DNA from: Oscillospiraceae bacterium
GTDB taxonomy: Bacteria; Bacillota; Clostridia; Saccharofermentanales; Saccharofermentanaceae
Length of the DNA stretch: 64,000 bases
NCBI GenBank assembly: GCA_015069215.1
Contig: SVJC01000001.1
Coordinates: 25,896-89,895 of the forward strand
Reading direction: 5' to 3'
Part shown: piece after piece, positions 9,789 to 19,812 of the stretch
How positions within the stretch are numbered: position 1 is the first letter of the stretch
Layout: each line of letters begins with the position of its first letter
Program-made: the position numbers and the translations under genes
Notes under the pieces: generated by a model
The model's database searches: none
Seen by the model: only the letters and a program-made list of their open reading frames with translations
Told to the model about the DNA's origin: nothing

Positions 9789-10331
9789 TCATTCCATGTT
9801 CTGTCCGCAGAATTCGCAGACTCTGCTGGAGGAATTATTCTGTGAACCGCAATGGCTGCAATAACGGACTCCGGGGACCGCTCCTGCGGGATGCTGCGGC
9901 ACAAACGGTGAAGCAGGCTGTACCGGCCGGGCGCCTGCGGGCTGCTGCGGAGCAGACTGATACATATTGGGATTATACATGTACGCCGGCTGATTAGCAG
10001 GAACCTGCGCAGCATTCGGATTGACGTAATTGGGGGCACCGTAATTATTGTAGCCGGGCTTTGCGACCGGTTCAACGTAGCTGCCCTCAGGAATGAATCT
10101 CGCGACCAGGAATGAGATGAGTCCGCCAAATCCCGCACACGCAAGTCCGATAAACATCGATGCATAACGGTTGCCGTCGGTCATGATGTAAGCAGCAATA
10201 AGTCCTATGGTCTCAAATACTATCCACAAAACGATTGTAAGAGCAATGAACCCGCCGGGTCTTCTGCCTCTTGCGATGGCATTTCTCCTGTTCAGTCTGC
10301 ATAACGAAAAAACGGCAAAGAACTCAAGCAT
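9789..10331 (-). CDS. Membrane protein with P/Q/N-rich tail and C-terminal zinc ribbon
   Basis: Two TMs, a low-complexity PAGA/QP region and YCSHCGSQNNSSSRVCEFCG. Confidence 0.8.
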   Translation of the reverse strand: MLEFFAVFSLCRLNRRNAIARGRRPGGFIALTIVLWIVFETIGLIAAYIMTDGNRYASMFIGLACAGFGGLISFLVARFIPEGSYVEPVAKPGYNNYGAPNYVNPNAAQVPANQPAYMYNPNMYQSAPQQPAGARPVQPASPFVPQHPAGAVPGVRYCSHCGSQNNSSSRVCEFCGQNME

Positions 10332-10334
10332 AGA

Positions 10335-11501
10335 TCACCTCTCCTTAACATGGTCTTTGTAATAGTCACCTTTATCTTTATACATTAACGTATCGATAAC
10401 CACAACAAGGTCCTGTGTATCCTCTTTGCCGAAGTCGAATACCTTTCCTCCGACTGCTGCGGAGAGCTTATAGGGTTTGCCTGAATTTGCGTTGTGTTTA
10501 TCAACTGCTTCCATCGTCTTTTGCTTGTACAGCTCGATATCGGATTCCCGGGCTTTGTACATGAGGACAACGAATTCATCGCCGGCAAACCTGATGACCG
10601 TGCCGACCGAACCGAAAACATCATTCAGGATGCCTGCAAAAGCGATCAGGGCCTGGTCGCCTTCCTCATGGGAATAGTCGTCGTTGATCTTCTTGAAGCC
10701 GTTGAGATCGAGCATATAAGCAACGATCTTGTCTTTGCGTCTCTTCTGCAGGCGCCTCAATTCCCTGTCCATTTCGAATCTGTTATAGACGCCGGTGAGC
10801 TTATCGATGTAGATGCACTCATTCTGGAGCGAAATGACTATTCCCGCAAACGATACCGCAAAGCACGCAGGGATCAGCGATATTCCGTAAATGATGCTCT
10901 GAAGGACCATTCCGAGAAGGAGCGGCAAAAGGAACTCGATAACCGGGAAATATCGCAGTGCCGGATTCTTGAACTTTGATATGAAGTAGTAGACGTAGCC
11001 GTAAAGGAGAAGTACGAATCCCGCTGCGATGAAGAATATGTAGAGCGGTCCTCTGTGGTAAGCGTTGCTGGAATCGATCTCGAAAACGAGCGGATAGAAA
11101 GGATTGACCACCAGCATCAGCATCTGCATTATGACAACGATCCAGAATACGATGAAGTGACGCAGATTAGCTTCGCTGTCAATGTGTTTCACGATCATGT
11201 TGATCAGAAACACACCGACCAGCACATTATATATGTACAGATATGTATTACCCACGTAGAGCAGGCTGTGGAAAAATGCATATCCCTTACCGATCCTTCC
11301 GTCACAGTAAGTAACGACCTGATCGATGATGCAGTTGAATACGGACGCAATGAGCATGCGCAGCATGATGCGGCTCTCTGCTTTACGGCCGGGGAGGTTC
11401 CATCCTCTGGTTACCAGTATGACCAGCAGAATGGCGATGCCGATGAAATCGGCAACCAATACTGCATGAAGATTAATGACCGGCGTAAACAGAGTATTCA
11501 T
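10335..11501 (-). CDS. Multi-TM GGDEF-domain protein (diguanylate cyclase)
   Basis: About 7 TMs, then DKLTGVYNR, DLNGFKKIND.Y.H..GD and RFAGDEF. Confidence 0.88.
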   Translation of the reverse strand: MNTLFTPVINLHAVLVADFIGIAILLVILVTRGWNLPGRKAESRIMLRMLIASVFNCIIDQVVTYCDGRIGKGYAFFHSLLYVGNTYLYIYNVLVGVFLINMIVKHIDSEANLRHFIVFWIVVIMQMLMLVVNPFYPLVFEIDSSNAYHRGPLYIFFIAAGFVLLLYGYVYYFISKFKNPALRYFPVIEFLLPLLLGMVLQSIIYGISLIPACFAVSFAGIVISLQNECIYIDKLTGVYNRFEMDRELRRLQKRRKDKIVAYMLDLNGFKKINDDYSHEEGDQALIAFAGILNDVFGSVGTVIRFAGDEFVVLMYKARESDIELYKQKTMEAVDKHNANSGKPYKLSAAVGGKVFDFGKEDTQDLVVVIDTLMYKDKGDYYKDHVKER

Positions 11502-11554
11502 ACGAATGAATTATACTATTCGACGCCGAAAAATAAACAACTGCTCTCCTCTGA

Positions 11555-12484
11555 TTATGGCAGGTATTTGCCTGATGCAAGATAGAGCGTATACCAGTCG
11601 TGATGTGAAAGCTTAACTTCGCTTGCCTTGCAGATGTCTTCTATGTGCAAAGGATTCATCGTTCCGACTATCGCCTGCATCTTCGCAGGATGTCTTAAGA
11701 TCCATGCGATCGCGACAGCAGCCTTGGAAGCATTCTCTCTTTCGCCTATCTCTGCCAGTGCCTTATTGAGCTCCGGGAAATCGGGATTGTCGATGAACGA
11801 TCCTCCGAACATGCCGAACTGGAGAGGTGACCATGCCTGTATCGTGATGTCGTTAAGCCTGCAGTAATCTAAAGCGTGGCCGTCCCTGTTGACCGAGAAC
11901 TCAGTCTGCTTGTTGTTCATGTAGAGTGCCTGATCGATAAGTTGGGACTGCTCGAGTGAGAGCTGTACCTGGTTGATGACAAGAGGTTGTTTTACGTATT
12001 TTTTCAGGAGTTCGATCTGCATCGGAACCAGGTTGCTCACACCGAAGAAGCATACTTTTCCTGCTTTCTCAAGGATATCGAATGCCTCTGCGACCTCTTC
12101 GGGATCGTAGATGACGTCAGGTCTGTGAAGCAGAAGTGTATCAAGATAGTCGATGTTCAGTCTTCTTAAACTGTCATCAACGCTCGAAAGGATGTTATCT
12201 TTGGACCAGTCGAACTCGTTTCTGTCAAAGCAGAGTCCGCACTTACTCTGGATATAGATATCCTCTCTCTTGATGCCGGTAAGCGGGAAAGCTTCCGCAA
12301 ACTTTGACTCGGCTGCACCGTTCTCACCGTAGCATGTAGCGTGATCGAAAAAATTGATTCCGCAGTCATAGCCGGTCCTGATGACCTTCGCCGCATCCTC
12401 TTTTGAAAGTCCGGGCATTCTCATGCAGCCCTGGATCACTGCGGATACATTCTGAGGTCCGTTTACTATGTTAATGGTCTTCAT
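11555..12484 (-). CDS. Aldo/keto reductase (YdhF-like)
   Basis: GCMRM, FFDHA..YG, IQSKCG, LLLHRPD, GVSN and AWSPL. Confidence 0.92.
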   Translation of the reverse strand: MKTINIVNGPQNVSAVIQGCMRMPGLSKEDAAKVIRTGYDCGINFFDHATCYGENGAAESKFAEAFPLTGIKREDIYIQSKCGLCFDRNEFDWSKDNILSSVDDSLRRLNIDYLDTLLLHRPDVIYDPEEVAEAFDILEKAGKVCFFGVSNLVPMQIELLKKYVKQPLVINQVQLSLEQSQLIDQALYMNNKQTEFSVNRDGHALDYCRLNDITIQAWSPLQFGMFGGSFIDNPDFPELNKALAEIGERENASKAAVAIAWILRHPAKMQAIVGTMNPLHIEDICKASEVKLSHHDWYTLYLASGKYLP

Positions 12485-12903
12485 TACTTGAGGGTCTCCT
12501 TTAACCTTCTGGCAAATTCCCTGGCTGTCTTAAGGTCATTCTCATCGGGCCTGCCTTTGTTCATTCCCTTGAATTCGCCCCTGCAGTGGAATTCCTCATC
12601 TAAGACAGAAATGCCTACTGTGTTTGCGACTTTCCTGACCTTCTTATATGTTGAGTTCATCATTGCGGCCGTACCGAAATTGACGATCTTTCCGACCTTG
12701 TCCTTGCTAAGCAAAGATACGAAAGAAGCTACTTCCGGTGCGATCGAAAACGCATAGTATGAGTTGCCGAGAAGGAGTACATCTACTGCTTCGTCAACGG
12801 GTACCGTTATCGGAAGTGCTTCCACACCGATCTCGTCTGCGATCGCTTCCGCAAGACGCTTTGTGTTGCCTGTCTGTGTGTAATACCTGACTGCAAATCT
12901 CAT
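12484..12903 (-). CDS. Flavodoxin family protein
   Basis: YYTQTGNTKRLAEAIA FMN phosphate loop; translationally coupled to the AKR gene. Confidence 0.8.
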   Translation of the reverse strand: MRFAVRYYTQTGNTKRLAEAIADEIGVEALPITVPVDEAVDVLLLGNSYYAFSIAPEVASFVSLLSKDKVGKIVNFGTAAMMNSTYKKVRKVANTVGISVLDEEFHCRGEFKGMNKGRPDENDLKTAREFARRLKETLK

Positions 12904-12919
12904 TTGTTTTCTCCTCTGA

Positions 12920-13387
12920 TCACTTTGCGAGCAGCTTCTCGATGCTTTCCGTCATAGTCTCGGGCTTTGTCTTGGAAGAAACTCTTTCCACGACATTGCC
13001 TTCCCTGTCGATCAGGAACTTCGCGAAGTTCCATTCGATCCTTCCGGGCTTCTGCTCTTTGAGATAAACATAAAGGGGATCCGCTTCCTTGCCGTTGACC
13101 TTGATCTTTCCGAATCTGGGGAACTTTGTGTTAAACCTCAGTGTGCAGAAGCTGTCGATCTCTTCAACTGTTCCGGGTGCCTGCGCAAGGAACTGGTTGC
13201 AAGGGAAATCGAGTATCTCAAATCCCTGATCGTGATACTTCTCATACAGAGCTTCGAGTGCATCGTACTGAGGTGTCAGACCGCACTTTGTGGCGGTGTT
13301 GACTATCAGGAGCACCTTGCCCTTATATTCGGACAGTGATACATCGTTGCCCTTCTTGTCTTTAACGGTAAAATCGTAAACGTTCAT
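12920..13387 (-). CDS. Glutathione peroxidase family thiol peroxidase (Cys type)
   Basis: VNTATKCGLTPQY, FPCNQF..Q.PG and WNFAKFL. Start at ATG 13387 with a GGAGG RBS. Confidence 0.92.
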   Translation of the reverse strand: MNVYDFTVKDKKGNDVSLSEYKGKVLLIVNTATKCGLTPQYDALEALYEKYHDQGFEILDFPCNQFLAQAPGTVEEIDSFCTLRFNTKFPRFGKIKVNGKEADPLYVYLKEQKPGRIEWNFAKFLIDREGNVVERVSSKTKPETMTESIEKLLAK

Positions 13388-13403
13388 GTTGTTTCCTCCT
13401 GCA

Positions 13404-13943
13404 TTACAGAAGTGCCTTGATGCACTCTTCAACCTTCTTCATGTCAGCCGTGGGCTCAAATCTGGCAACAACGTTGCCTTCCCTGTCGACTACGAACTTC
13501 GTGAAGTTCCACTTGATGTCAGGCTTCTTGTCCCACTCGGGGTCAGCTTTTGAGAACATCTGCTCGAGAAGTGCTTTGAGCTCATGCTCATCGAATCCTT
13601 CAAATCCCTTAACGGACTTGAGATATGTGTAAAGGGGAAGCTCGTTTTCTCCGTTAACGTCTGCCTTCTTCATCTGAGGGAATGTCGTGTTGTAATGAAG
13701 TGTGCAGAATTCATGGATTTCATCATCAGTTCCGGGAGCCTGTCCGCCGAACTGGTTGCAGGGAATGTCTAAGATCTCGAGACCCTGGTCGTGATAGTCC
13801 TTGTAAAGCTTTTCGATCGGTTCATACTGGGGTGTGAAGCCGCAGCCTGTAGCGGTGTTAACAATAAGGATAACCTTTCCCTTTAATTCTGAAAGCTTGA
13901 GCATCTCGCCTGTGCGTGTCTTTAATTCGTAATCGTAGATCAT
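13404..13943 (-). CDS. Glutathione peroxidase family thiol peroxidase (Cys type)
   Basis: VNTATGCGFTPQY, PCNQFGGQAPG and IKWNFTKF. Start at ATG 13943. Confidence 0.92.
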   Translation of the reverse strand: MIYDYELKTRTGEMLKLSELKGKVILIVNTATGCGFTPQYEPIEKLYKDYHDQGLEILDIPCNQFGGQAPGTDDEIHEFCTLHYNTTFPQMKKADVNGENELPLYTYLKSVKGFEGFDEHELKALLEQMFSKADPEWDKKPDIKWNFTKFVVDREGNVVARFEPTADMKKVEECIKALL

Positions 13944-13965
13944 GTTTTGTGCCTCCTTTTCGGCT

Positions 13966-14439
13966 TTAATTCTTTCTTTTGCATTGAGCATTTTCCATGT
14001 TCGCGAGCGCCTTGTAAGTCAGTACGTACAGCGTCTTGAACTCTTCCGGGGTGAGCCCCACGCATCCGGCGATGCAGGGCGGGATCTTGACTGCTTCTTC
14101 CTTCAGCGCATCACCTTTCTTGGTGATCCTGACTATCAGGAGCCTTTCGTCTTGCGGATCTCTTTCCTTGGTTACATAACCGGAACTTTCGAGTCTCTTG
14201 AGGACGGGAGTGAGGGTTCCGTAATCGAGATGGAGCTTGCACGCCAGGTCTCTTGATGAGACGCTCTCATGCTCCCACATCACCATCATTACGATGTACT
14301 GGGTATATGTAAGTCCCAATTTCTTAAGATAAGGATTGTACTGGTTCACCAGCTCTTTCGAACAAGCGTAAAGCGGGAAGCATACCTGATTATCCAGCTT
14401 AAGAGAATCGTATTTTTTCGAATCCTTCATACTGTCCAT
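13966..14439 (-). CDS. MarR family regulator, OhrR-like
   Basis: LKLDNQVCFPLY (position of the OhrR redox Cys), LGLTYTQYIVM, LTPVLKRLE and R...DER. Confidence 0.88.
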   Translation of the reverse strand: MDSMKDSKKYDSLKLDNQVCFPLYACSKELVNQYNPYLKKLGLTYTQYIVMMVMWEHESVSSRDLACKLHLDYGTLTPVLKRLESSGYVTKERDPQDERLLIVRITKKGDALKEEAVKIPPCIAGCVGLTPEEFKTLYVLTYKALANMENAQCKRKN

Positions 14440-14453
14440 CGCCTTTCTTTTGC

Positions 14454-14510
14454 TTTTGCAAAATTCACTTTTGCTAAATTGATTATCCTATGCTAACAGC
14501 CTTGTGTCAA
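14454..14510 (-). promoter_or_regulatory. Promoter and candidate MarR operator of the ohrR-like/gpx operon
   Basis: TTGACA (14510-14505), 17 nt, GATAAT (14487-14482). Downstream are two quasi-palindromes, TTTTGCAAAA (14454-14463) and TTTTGCTAAA (14469-14478). Confidence 0.6.
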
Positions 14511-14565
14511 CCGGAATATCCTGTTTATCTGGCAGATGGAAAGCTTTTATATCAGATTTTTGGCG

Positions 14566-15450
14566 TCACTTCGTGTCTTTATGTGTGACGCTTTCGCAGG
14601 GCACGTTAAGGAGCCTGAATTCATTGATCATGAGATCGGTCTCCTTCTCGTCCCTGAGACCGATCCACAGGAATGCGCCGTCGGTCATGGTGATCCTAAG
14701 CCTGTAGATGGCCATCACTGCTCCCTGCACCTGCTGTGAAACGCACTCTTTGGTGATATGAGCAATGTTGCTTACATCAATAACCTCACAAAGCGACTTG
14801 GCAAAGATGACCATATAGTCCCTTCCGAGTACTACGAGACCATCCTTCAGACAGAAGTGGGATCCGATCATGAAGTCCGCGTTGAGACGTACGGGGTCCG
14901 CGCCTGATCTCGCTATGGCTTTCCTGAAATCGGCCTCACGCGAATAAGTAAATTCCTGTTTGCCTGCAACGGCAAAAGTAAAAAGTAATACCAATATGGA
15001 GATGCCGATGCTGATCCTGTAGTCTAAATGCATCTCGCCCGATATCTTGACCAGGAATATTCCAATGACCAGAAAGCAGCAGAATATTATCGCGCAGACT
15101 CTGGTAGTATGATTCTTTCTCCTGTAGCGCCTGATGACATCGTACATGTCACTGCCGGGAAGTCTCTTATGGATGTCAGCTTCGCGCTTTATGTCGTAAT
15201 CGGTCTTAAGATCATCTGAATACTTTTTCGGCTTAATGTTCTGCTGATAGTACATGTAAATGAACATCACAGCAGTTCCGATACAAAGAAGCGACAAGGC
15301 TGCCGATATCGCGCCGTACAGGATCTTCTCGTTCATCGTCGTCTTCTCGGCGATATCGAAAACAAGGAGTATTCCTGCTCCTGCGAACAGAACAAGTCCG
15401 AAAAGACATAATGCGAGAGTCTTAAATAATTGTTTCTTATCTACCTTCAT
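14566..15450 (-). CDS. Hypothetical membrane protein (about 4 TM)
   Basis: Long ORF with two TM hairpins; no family motif recognised. Confidence 0.7.
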   Translation of the reverse strand: MKVDKKQLFKTLALCLFGLVLFAGAGILLVFDIAEKTTMNEKILYGAISAALSLLCIGTAVMFIYMYYQQNIKPKKYSDDLKTDYDIKREADIHKRLPGSDMYDVIRRYRRKNHTTRVCAIIFCCFLVIGIFLVKISGEMHLDYRISIGISILVLLFTFAVAGKQEFTYSREADFRKAIARSGADPVRLNADFMIGSHFCLKDGLVVLGRDYMVIFAKSLCEVIDVSNIAHITKECVSQQVQGAVMAIYRLRITMTDGAFLWIGLRDEKETDLMINEFRLLNVPCESVTHKDTK

Positions 15451-15489
15451 ACCACATAGTATACGGTAAAAAGAAACAATTAATGCGGA

Positions 15490-16629
15490 TCAGGTTTTGC
15501 TCTCGAATTTCTCAACAGCTTCCTTCATGATCTCGATTATCGGCAGGTGCTGCGGGCATACGCCTTCGCACTGGCCGCATCCGATACACATGGATGCCTT
15601 GCCGTTTCCGTCTCTTTCGACGAGACCGCCGTAGAAAAAGTTCGGTCTGACATCGCCCGGGAATTTGCGCTTGGTATTGACTGCACTGATGACATCGGGA
15701 ATGGCGATGTGCATCGGGCATCCGTCAACACAATATCTGCAGGCCGTGCAACCGACGAGTTCAACGCGGAACATTACTTCCTTGACCTTCTCGATCGCTT
15801 CCTTTTCCTCATCGGAGAGCGGCTCGAAATTCTTGAAGGTGTTCATGTTGTCCTCTAACTGATCCTGCGTGGACATGCCGCTCAAGATGGTCGTAACTCC
15901 AGGAAGGCTTCCTACATATCTGAATGCCCAGGAAGCGACCGACTTGTCGGGACGGACGTTCTTTAAGATAGCCTCGCATTCTTCATCGTGGTTTGCGAGC
16001 TTTCCGCCCTTGCAGGGCTCCATGACGATTATCGGAATGTTTCTCTCTGCGAGGATCTGATAGAGCTCACCGGAGTGAACGATCTTGTTGTCCCAGTCGG
16101 CATAGTTGAGCTGGATCTGAACGAACTCGATCTCCGGATGGCTGTCCACGATCTTTATCAGGAGCTCAGGTGTTCCGTGATATGAGAAACCGAAATGCTT
16201 GATCTTGCCTTCAGCTTTCTTCTGAATGCCCCAGTTGAAGCAGTCGTACTTAACGTAGTTATTGTAGTTGTTGCCGTCTTCGATGCTGTGGAGAAGATAA
16301 AAATCGAAGTAATCAACTCCGCATCTTTCGAGCTGCTCATTGAAGATCTTATCCCTGTCTTCATATGAATGTATGCACCATGCGGGGAGCTTTGTGGCGA
16401 GAGTAAAAGAATCTCTCGGATATCTCTTTACGATCGCTTCCTTGACGGCCTTTTCCGAGTTGCCGCCGTGATAGACATACGCGGTATCGAAATAGGTGAA
16501 TCCCGCATCCATGTATGAATCGACCATCCTGCATACCTTTTCGATGTCGATCTTACCGTCAGTCTCCGGCAATCTCATAAGTCCGAAACCGATCTTCGGC
16601 ATCTTCGTCAGATCAATACTCATGGGCAC
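15490..16629 (-). CDS. Aldo/keto reductase with C-terminal 4Fe-4S dicluster
   Basis: GFGLMRLP, YFDTAYVY, LATKLP and YLLH, with C-terminal CTACRYCVDGCP and CIGCGQCEGVCP. Confidence 0.92.
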   Translation of the reverse strand: MPMSIDLTKMPKIGFGLMRLPETDGKIDIEKVCRMVDSYMDAGFTYFDTAYVYHGGNSEKAVKEAIVKRYPRDSFTLATKLPAWCIHSYEDRDKIFNEQLERCGVDYFDFYLLHSIEDGNNYNNYVKYDCFNWGIQKKAEGKIKHFGFSYHGTPELLIKIVDSHPEIEFVQIQLNYADWDNKIVHSGELYQILAERNIPIIVMEPCKGGKLANHDEECEAILKNVRPDKSVASWAFRYVGSLPGVTTILSGMSTQDQLEDNMNTFKNFEPLSDEEKEAIEKVKEVMFRVELVGCTACRYCVDGCPMHIAIPDVISAVNTKRKFPGDVRPNFFYGGLVERDGNGKASMCIGCGQCEGVCPQHLPIIEIMKEAVEKFESKT

Positions 16630-16736
16630 CTCCTGAAAAGCATAAATGCAAAGGCATAGTTATGCCCACAGTATATCAAAGGGATTTTACCGCATGCTTT
16701 TCGATAACCTTCTTTATTGTCAAATATCGGGGTTAA

Positions 16737-17561
16737 TCAATATTCGTCCATGAAGTTATATGTGACGCCGTCTTTCGTGTAAGAGATGACGCTGTCCAGA
16801 TAGACGTTCTCCATGCTGCTCATTATGTTTGCCTCGACTTCGGGATTCGTCTTGCGGAGTTCTCTTATAAGCTCTTTTGTCTCTTTGCGCTTTGACGTTT
16901 TCTCCCCGTCTTTTCTGCTCGTGACACGGCAGGCACAGTCGGCAAAGACCAGACCATATCTGTCACGCCAGGCTTCAATGTCCTCTTCCCTTATCAGATA
17001 CATCGGACGGATCAGCTCCATGCCTTCGTAGTTCTTGCTCTTGAGCTTGGGCATCATGGTCTCGACGTGTCCGCTCCAGAGCATGCTCATCAGGGTCGTC
17101 TCAATGACATCGTCGAAATGGTGACCCAATGCGATCTTATTGCATCCGAGTTCTTTTGCCTTTGCGTAAAGCGCCCCGCGCCTCATCCTTGCGCAGAGAA
17201 AACATGGCGATTTGTCCTCCCCGGATACCGCTTCAAACAGTCTGTTTTCGAAAATGGTGAGCGGCAGACCGATCTGCTCTGCGACCGATTCAATGTTCTT
17301 TCTGACAAGCTCATCGTAGCCGGGATCCATGACCATAAAGACAAGTTCAAACGGGAACTTGTCATGGCGCTTGAGCTCCTGAAAGAGCTTTCCCATGAGC
17401 ATAGAATCCTTGCCGCCAGAAATACACACGGCGATCTTGTCGCCGGGAGACAGGAGTTCATATTTGACTATTGCTTTGGTAAATCTCGAGAAGAGTCTGT
17501 CGTGTATCGTGCGGTCTTTCCTGAGATCCTGTTCTATCAGGGAAGCGTCCATAAAGATCAC
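16737..17561 (-). CDS. TtcA-family tRNA 2-thiolation PP-loop ATPase
   Basis: CISGGKDS, SPCFLCARMRRG, LGHHFDD, LIRPM and CAC. Confidence 0.88.
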   Translation of the reverse strand: MIFMDASLIEQDLRKDRTIHDRLFSRFTKAIVKYELLSPGDKIAVCISGGKDSMLMGKLFQELKRHDKFPFELVFMVMDPGYDELVRKNIESVAEQIGLPLTIFENRLFEAVSGEDKSPCFLCARMRRGALYAKAKELGCNKIALGHHFDDVIETTLMSMLWSGHVETMMPKLKSKNYEGMELIRPMYLIREEDIEAWRDRYGLVFADCACRVTSRKDGEKTSKRKETKELIRELRKTNPEVEANIMSSMENVYLDSVISYTKDGVTYNFMDEY

Positions 17562-17965
17562 TTCTCCTTCATCAGGTCAGCTATCTTAACACTCTCAAGA
17601 TATTCGTTTATGCGGTCGTTCAGGCCTTTCCAGAGCGGCAGGGTACGGCAGTCTTCGATGTGCTCGCACATCTCGGCACCGTCTTCAAGACATGCCACTG
17701 GAGCGATATCGCCTTCGGAGACCTTCAATACTTCAGCAACCGATATCTTGGCAGGGTCTCTCGAAAGACGGTATCCGCCGCCTTTTCCGTGAACTCCTTC
17801 AACCAGATTGTCTGCAACAAGCTGCGGAAGTATGCGCTCAAGATACTTCAACGAAAGTCCCTGGCGCTCTGCGACTTCACGCATCGGAACATAGCCGTTC
17901 TTTGCGTTTTCGGCAAGATCTATAATTACACGGAGAGCATAACGTCCCCTGGTTGATATCATCAT
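17558..17965 (-). CDS. Rrf2 family transcription regulator with 3 Cys (IscR/CymR-like)
   Basis: ISTRGRYALR, YLERI, G.GGGY.L and ACLEDGAEMCEHIEDC. Confidence 0.92.
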   Translation of the reverse strand: MMISTRGRYALRVIIDLAENAKNGYVPMREVAERQGLSLKYLERILPQLVADNLVEGVHGKGGGYRLSRDPAKISVAEVLKVSEGDIAPVACLEDGAEMCEHIEDCRTLPLWKGLNDRINEYLESVKIADLMKEK

Positions 17966-18023
17966 ATTTGCATACCTTCCTTATATGTAAATCTTGCCAC
18001 AAAGGGGATTTATTTACAAATTC

Positions 18024-18470
18024 TCAGGTATCGCAGGAACCTTCTGCACAGTGTGCGCAGTGTGCCTCATCAGGGAATTCGTTCTTATCGTATTCGATGC
18101 CGTTCTTGTCGAAATAATCCTTCAATGCGAGCTTGATCGCTTCTTCTGCAAGGACGGAGCAGTGGAGCTTATGCGCAGGAAGACCGTCAAGAGCTTCGGT
18201 AACTGCTTTGTTCGTCAGAGCGGCAGCCTCGGATATAGGCTTTCCTTTAATGAGTTCAGTTGCCATGGAGCTTGAAGCGATTGCGCTTCCGCATCCGAAC
18301 GTCTCGAACTTAACATCCGTGATGATATCGTTGTCTATCTTCAGATAGATCTTCATGATGTCGCCGCAGACGGGATTTCCGGCTTCACCTACGCCGTCAG
18401 CGTCCTCGATAACTCCTACGTTTCTGGGATTCCTGAAATGATCCATTACCTTTTCACTATATAAAGCCAT
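18024..18470 (-). CDS. iscU: Fe-S scaffold protein IscU/NifU
   Basis: YSEKVMDHF.NPRN, GNPVCGD, GCGSAIASSS and KLHCS. Confidence 0.95.
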   Translation of the reverse strand: MALYSEKVMDHFRNPRNVGVIEDADGVGEAGNPVCGDIMKIYLKIDNDIITDVKFETFGCGSAIASSSMATELIKGKPISEAAALTNKAVTEALDGLPAHKLHCSVLAEEAIKLALKDYFDKNGIEYDKNEFPDEAHCAHCAEGSCDT

Positions 18471-18485
18471 ATTGATTCTCCTTTC

Positions 18486-19676
18486 TTATTCCGCGAAAAC
18501 GTGCTGGCGCTTGCCGTTTACAAGGTCACGCCAAAACGGTGACATGTTTCTTAAATATGTAACTACTTCAGTAACGGCATCGATCAGATAATCAACATCC
18601 GCTTCTGTTATATCTTCACCGAGTGAGATCCTCAGTGACCCGTGAGCAACCTCGTGAGGTCTTCCGATCGCAAGGAGCACATGGCTCGGATCAAGCGAGC
18701 CGGAAGTGCACGCGCTTCCTGAAGATGCGCATATTCCCTTGTCATCGAGCAATAGCAGGAGTGACTCCCCTTCAATTCCTTCGAAGCAGAAATTGACATT
18801 GCTGGGGAGACGGTTTGTTCTGTCTCCGTTCAGTTCACCGTAGGGGATCTTGTCCAATCCTTCAATAAGGCGGTCTCTGAGCTTTATAAGCTTTTCTGCG
18901 TTCTTGTCGAGGTTTGCGGATGCTTCCTCCAATGCCGCAGCCATCCCCATGATCGCCGGGATATTCTCTGTACCTGCCCTCTTGCCTCTTTCCTGTGCTC
19001 CGCCGTTTATGACGTTTTCGAGCAGGATCCCGCGCTTTGCGTAAAGAACACCGATACCCTTGGGGCCGTGGAACTTGTGAGCCGAGAGCGAGAGCATGTC
19101 AATGTTCTGTTCTTTAACGTTTATATGTAAGTGACCTGCAGCCTGTACTGCATCAGTGTGGAACAGGACCTGCTTTTCCCTGCAGACTTTTCCTATCTCG
19201 GCTATCGGCTGGATCGTTCCTATCTCGTTATTTGCAAACATGATGGTTACAAGGCAGGTATCCTCGCGGATCGCGTCAGCGACCTGTTCTGCGGTTATGA
19301 CACCGTTCTTGTGAACGTCAAGAAGAGTGATCTCAAAGCCCTGCTTCTTGAGCTTTTCGAGCGTATGAAGAACTGCGTGATGCTCGAAAGCCGTTGAGAT
19401 GATGTGTTTCTTGCCCTTCTTCTCGCCCAGTCTGGCAGCTGAGAAGATCGCCTGGTTGTCAGCTTCGCTTCCGCCTGACGTGAAGGTTATCTCTCTGGGT
19501 TCACATCCTAATACAGAAGCGATCCTTTCCCTGGCATTCTCAAGAGCCTCTTTTGCCTCCTGTCCAAAAGAATAAAGACTTGAAGGATTACCATATATTT
19601 CATCCATATATGGAAGCATTGCATCAATGGCCGTACGGCTCATCTTTGTCGTTGCCGCATTGTCAGCGTATATCAT
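18486..19676 (-). CDS. iscS: Cysteine desulfurase IscS/NifS
   Basis: [34 protein letters not shown] and [10 protein letters not shown]. Confidence 0.95.
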   Translation of the reverse strand: MIYADNAATTKMSRTAIDAMLPYMDEIYGNPSSLYSFGQEAKEALENARERIASVLGCEPREITFTSGGSEADNQAIFSAARLGEKKGKKHIISTAFEHHAVLHTLEKLKKQGFEITLLDVHKNGVITAEQVADAIREDTCLVTIMFANNEIGTIQPIAEIGKVCREKQVLFHTDAVQAAGHLHINVKEQNIDMLSLSAHKFHGPKGIGVLYAKRGILLENVINGGAQERGKRAGTENIPAIMGMAAALEEASANLDKNAEKLIKLRDRLIEGLDKIPYGELNGDRTNRLPSNVNFCFEGIEGESLLLLLDDKGICASSGSACTSGSLDPSHVLLAIGRPHEVAHGSLRISLGEDITEADVDYLIDAVTEVVTYLRNMSPFWRDLVNGKRQHVFAE

Positions 19677-19734
19677 TATTTCCTCCTCATCAGATCTCTC
19701 TATATATGTAAAGTATCTGATTAATTTTACTATT

Positions 19735-19755
19735 TACCTACCATTTCAGTAGGTA
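19735..19755. promoter_or_regulatory. Palindromic operator 1 (candidate Rrf2 site) at the iscS promoter
   Basis: Perfect TACCTAC-N7-GTAGGTA just downstream of the minus-strand promoter TTGACA(19789-19784)-17-CATATT(19766-19761). Confidence 0.65.
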
Positions 19756-19812
19756 CGAATAATATGAACCATGAGGCCCGTAATGTCAATGGAAAATTTT
19801 TAAAATCCGTGC

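Noticed and set aside
12920-13943. Selenocysteine-type glutathione peroxidases
   Set aside because: Both active-site codons are TGC, and there is no in-frame TGA.
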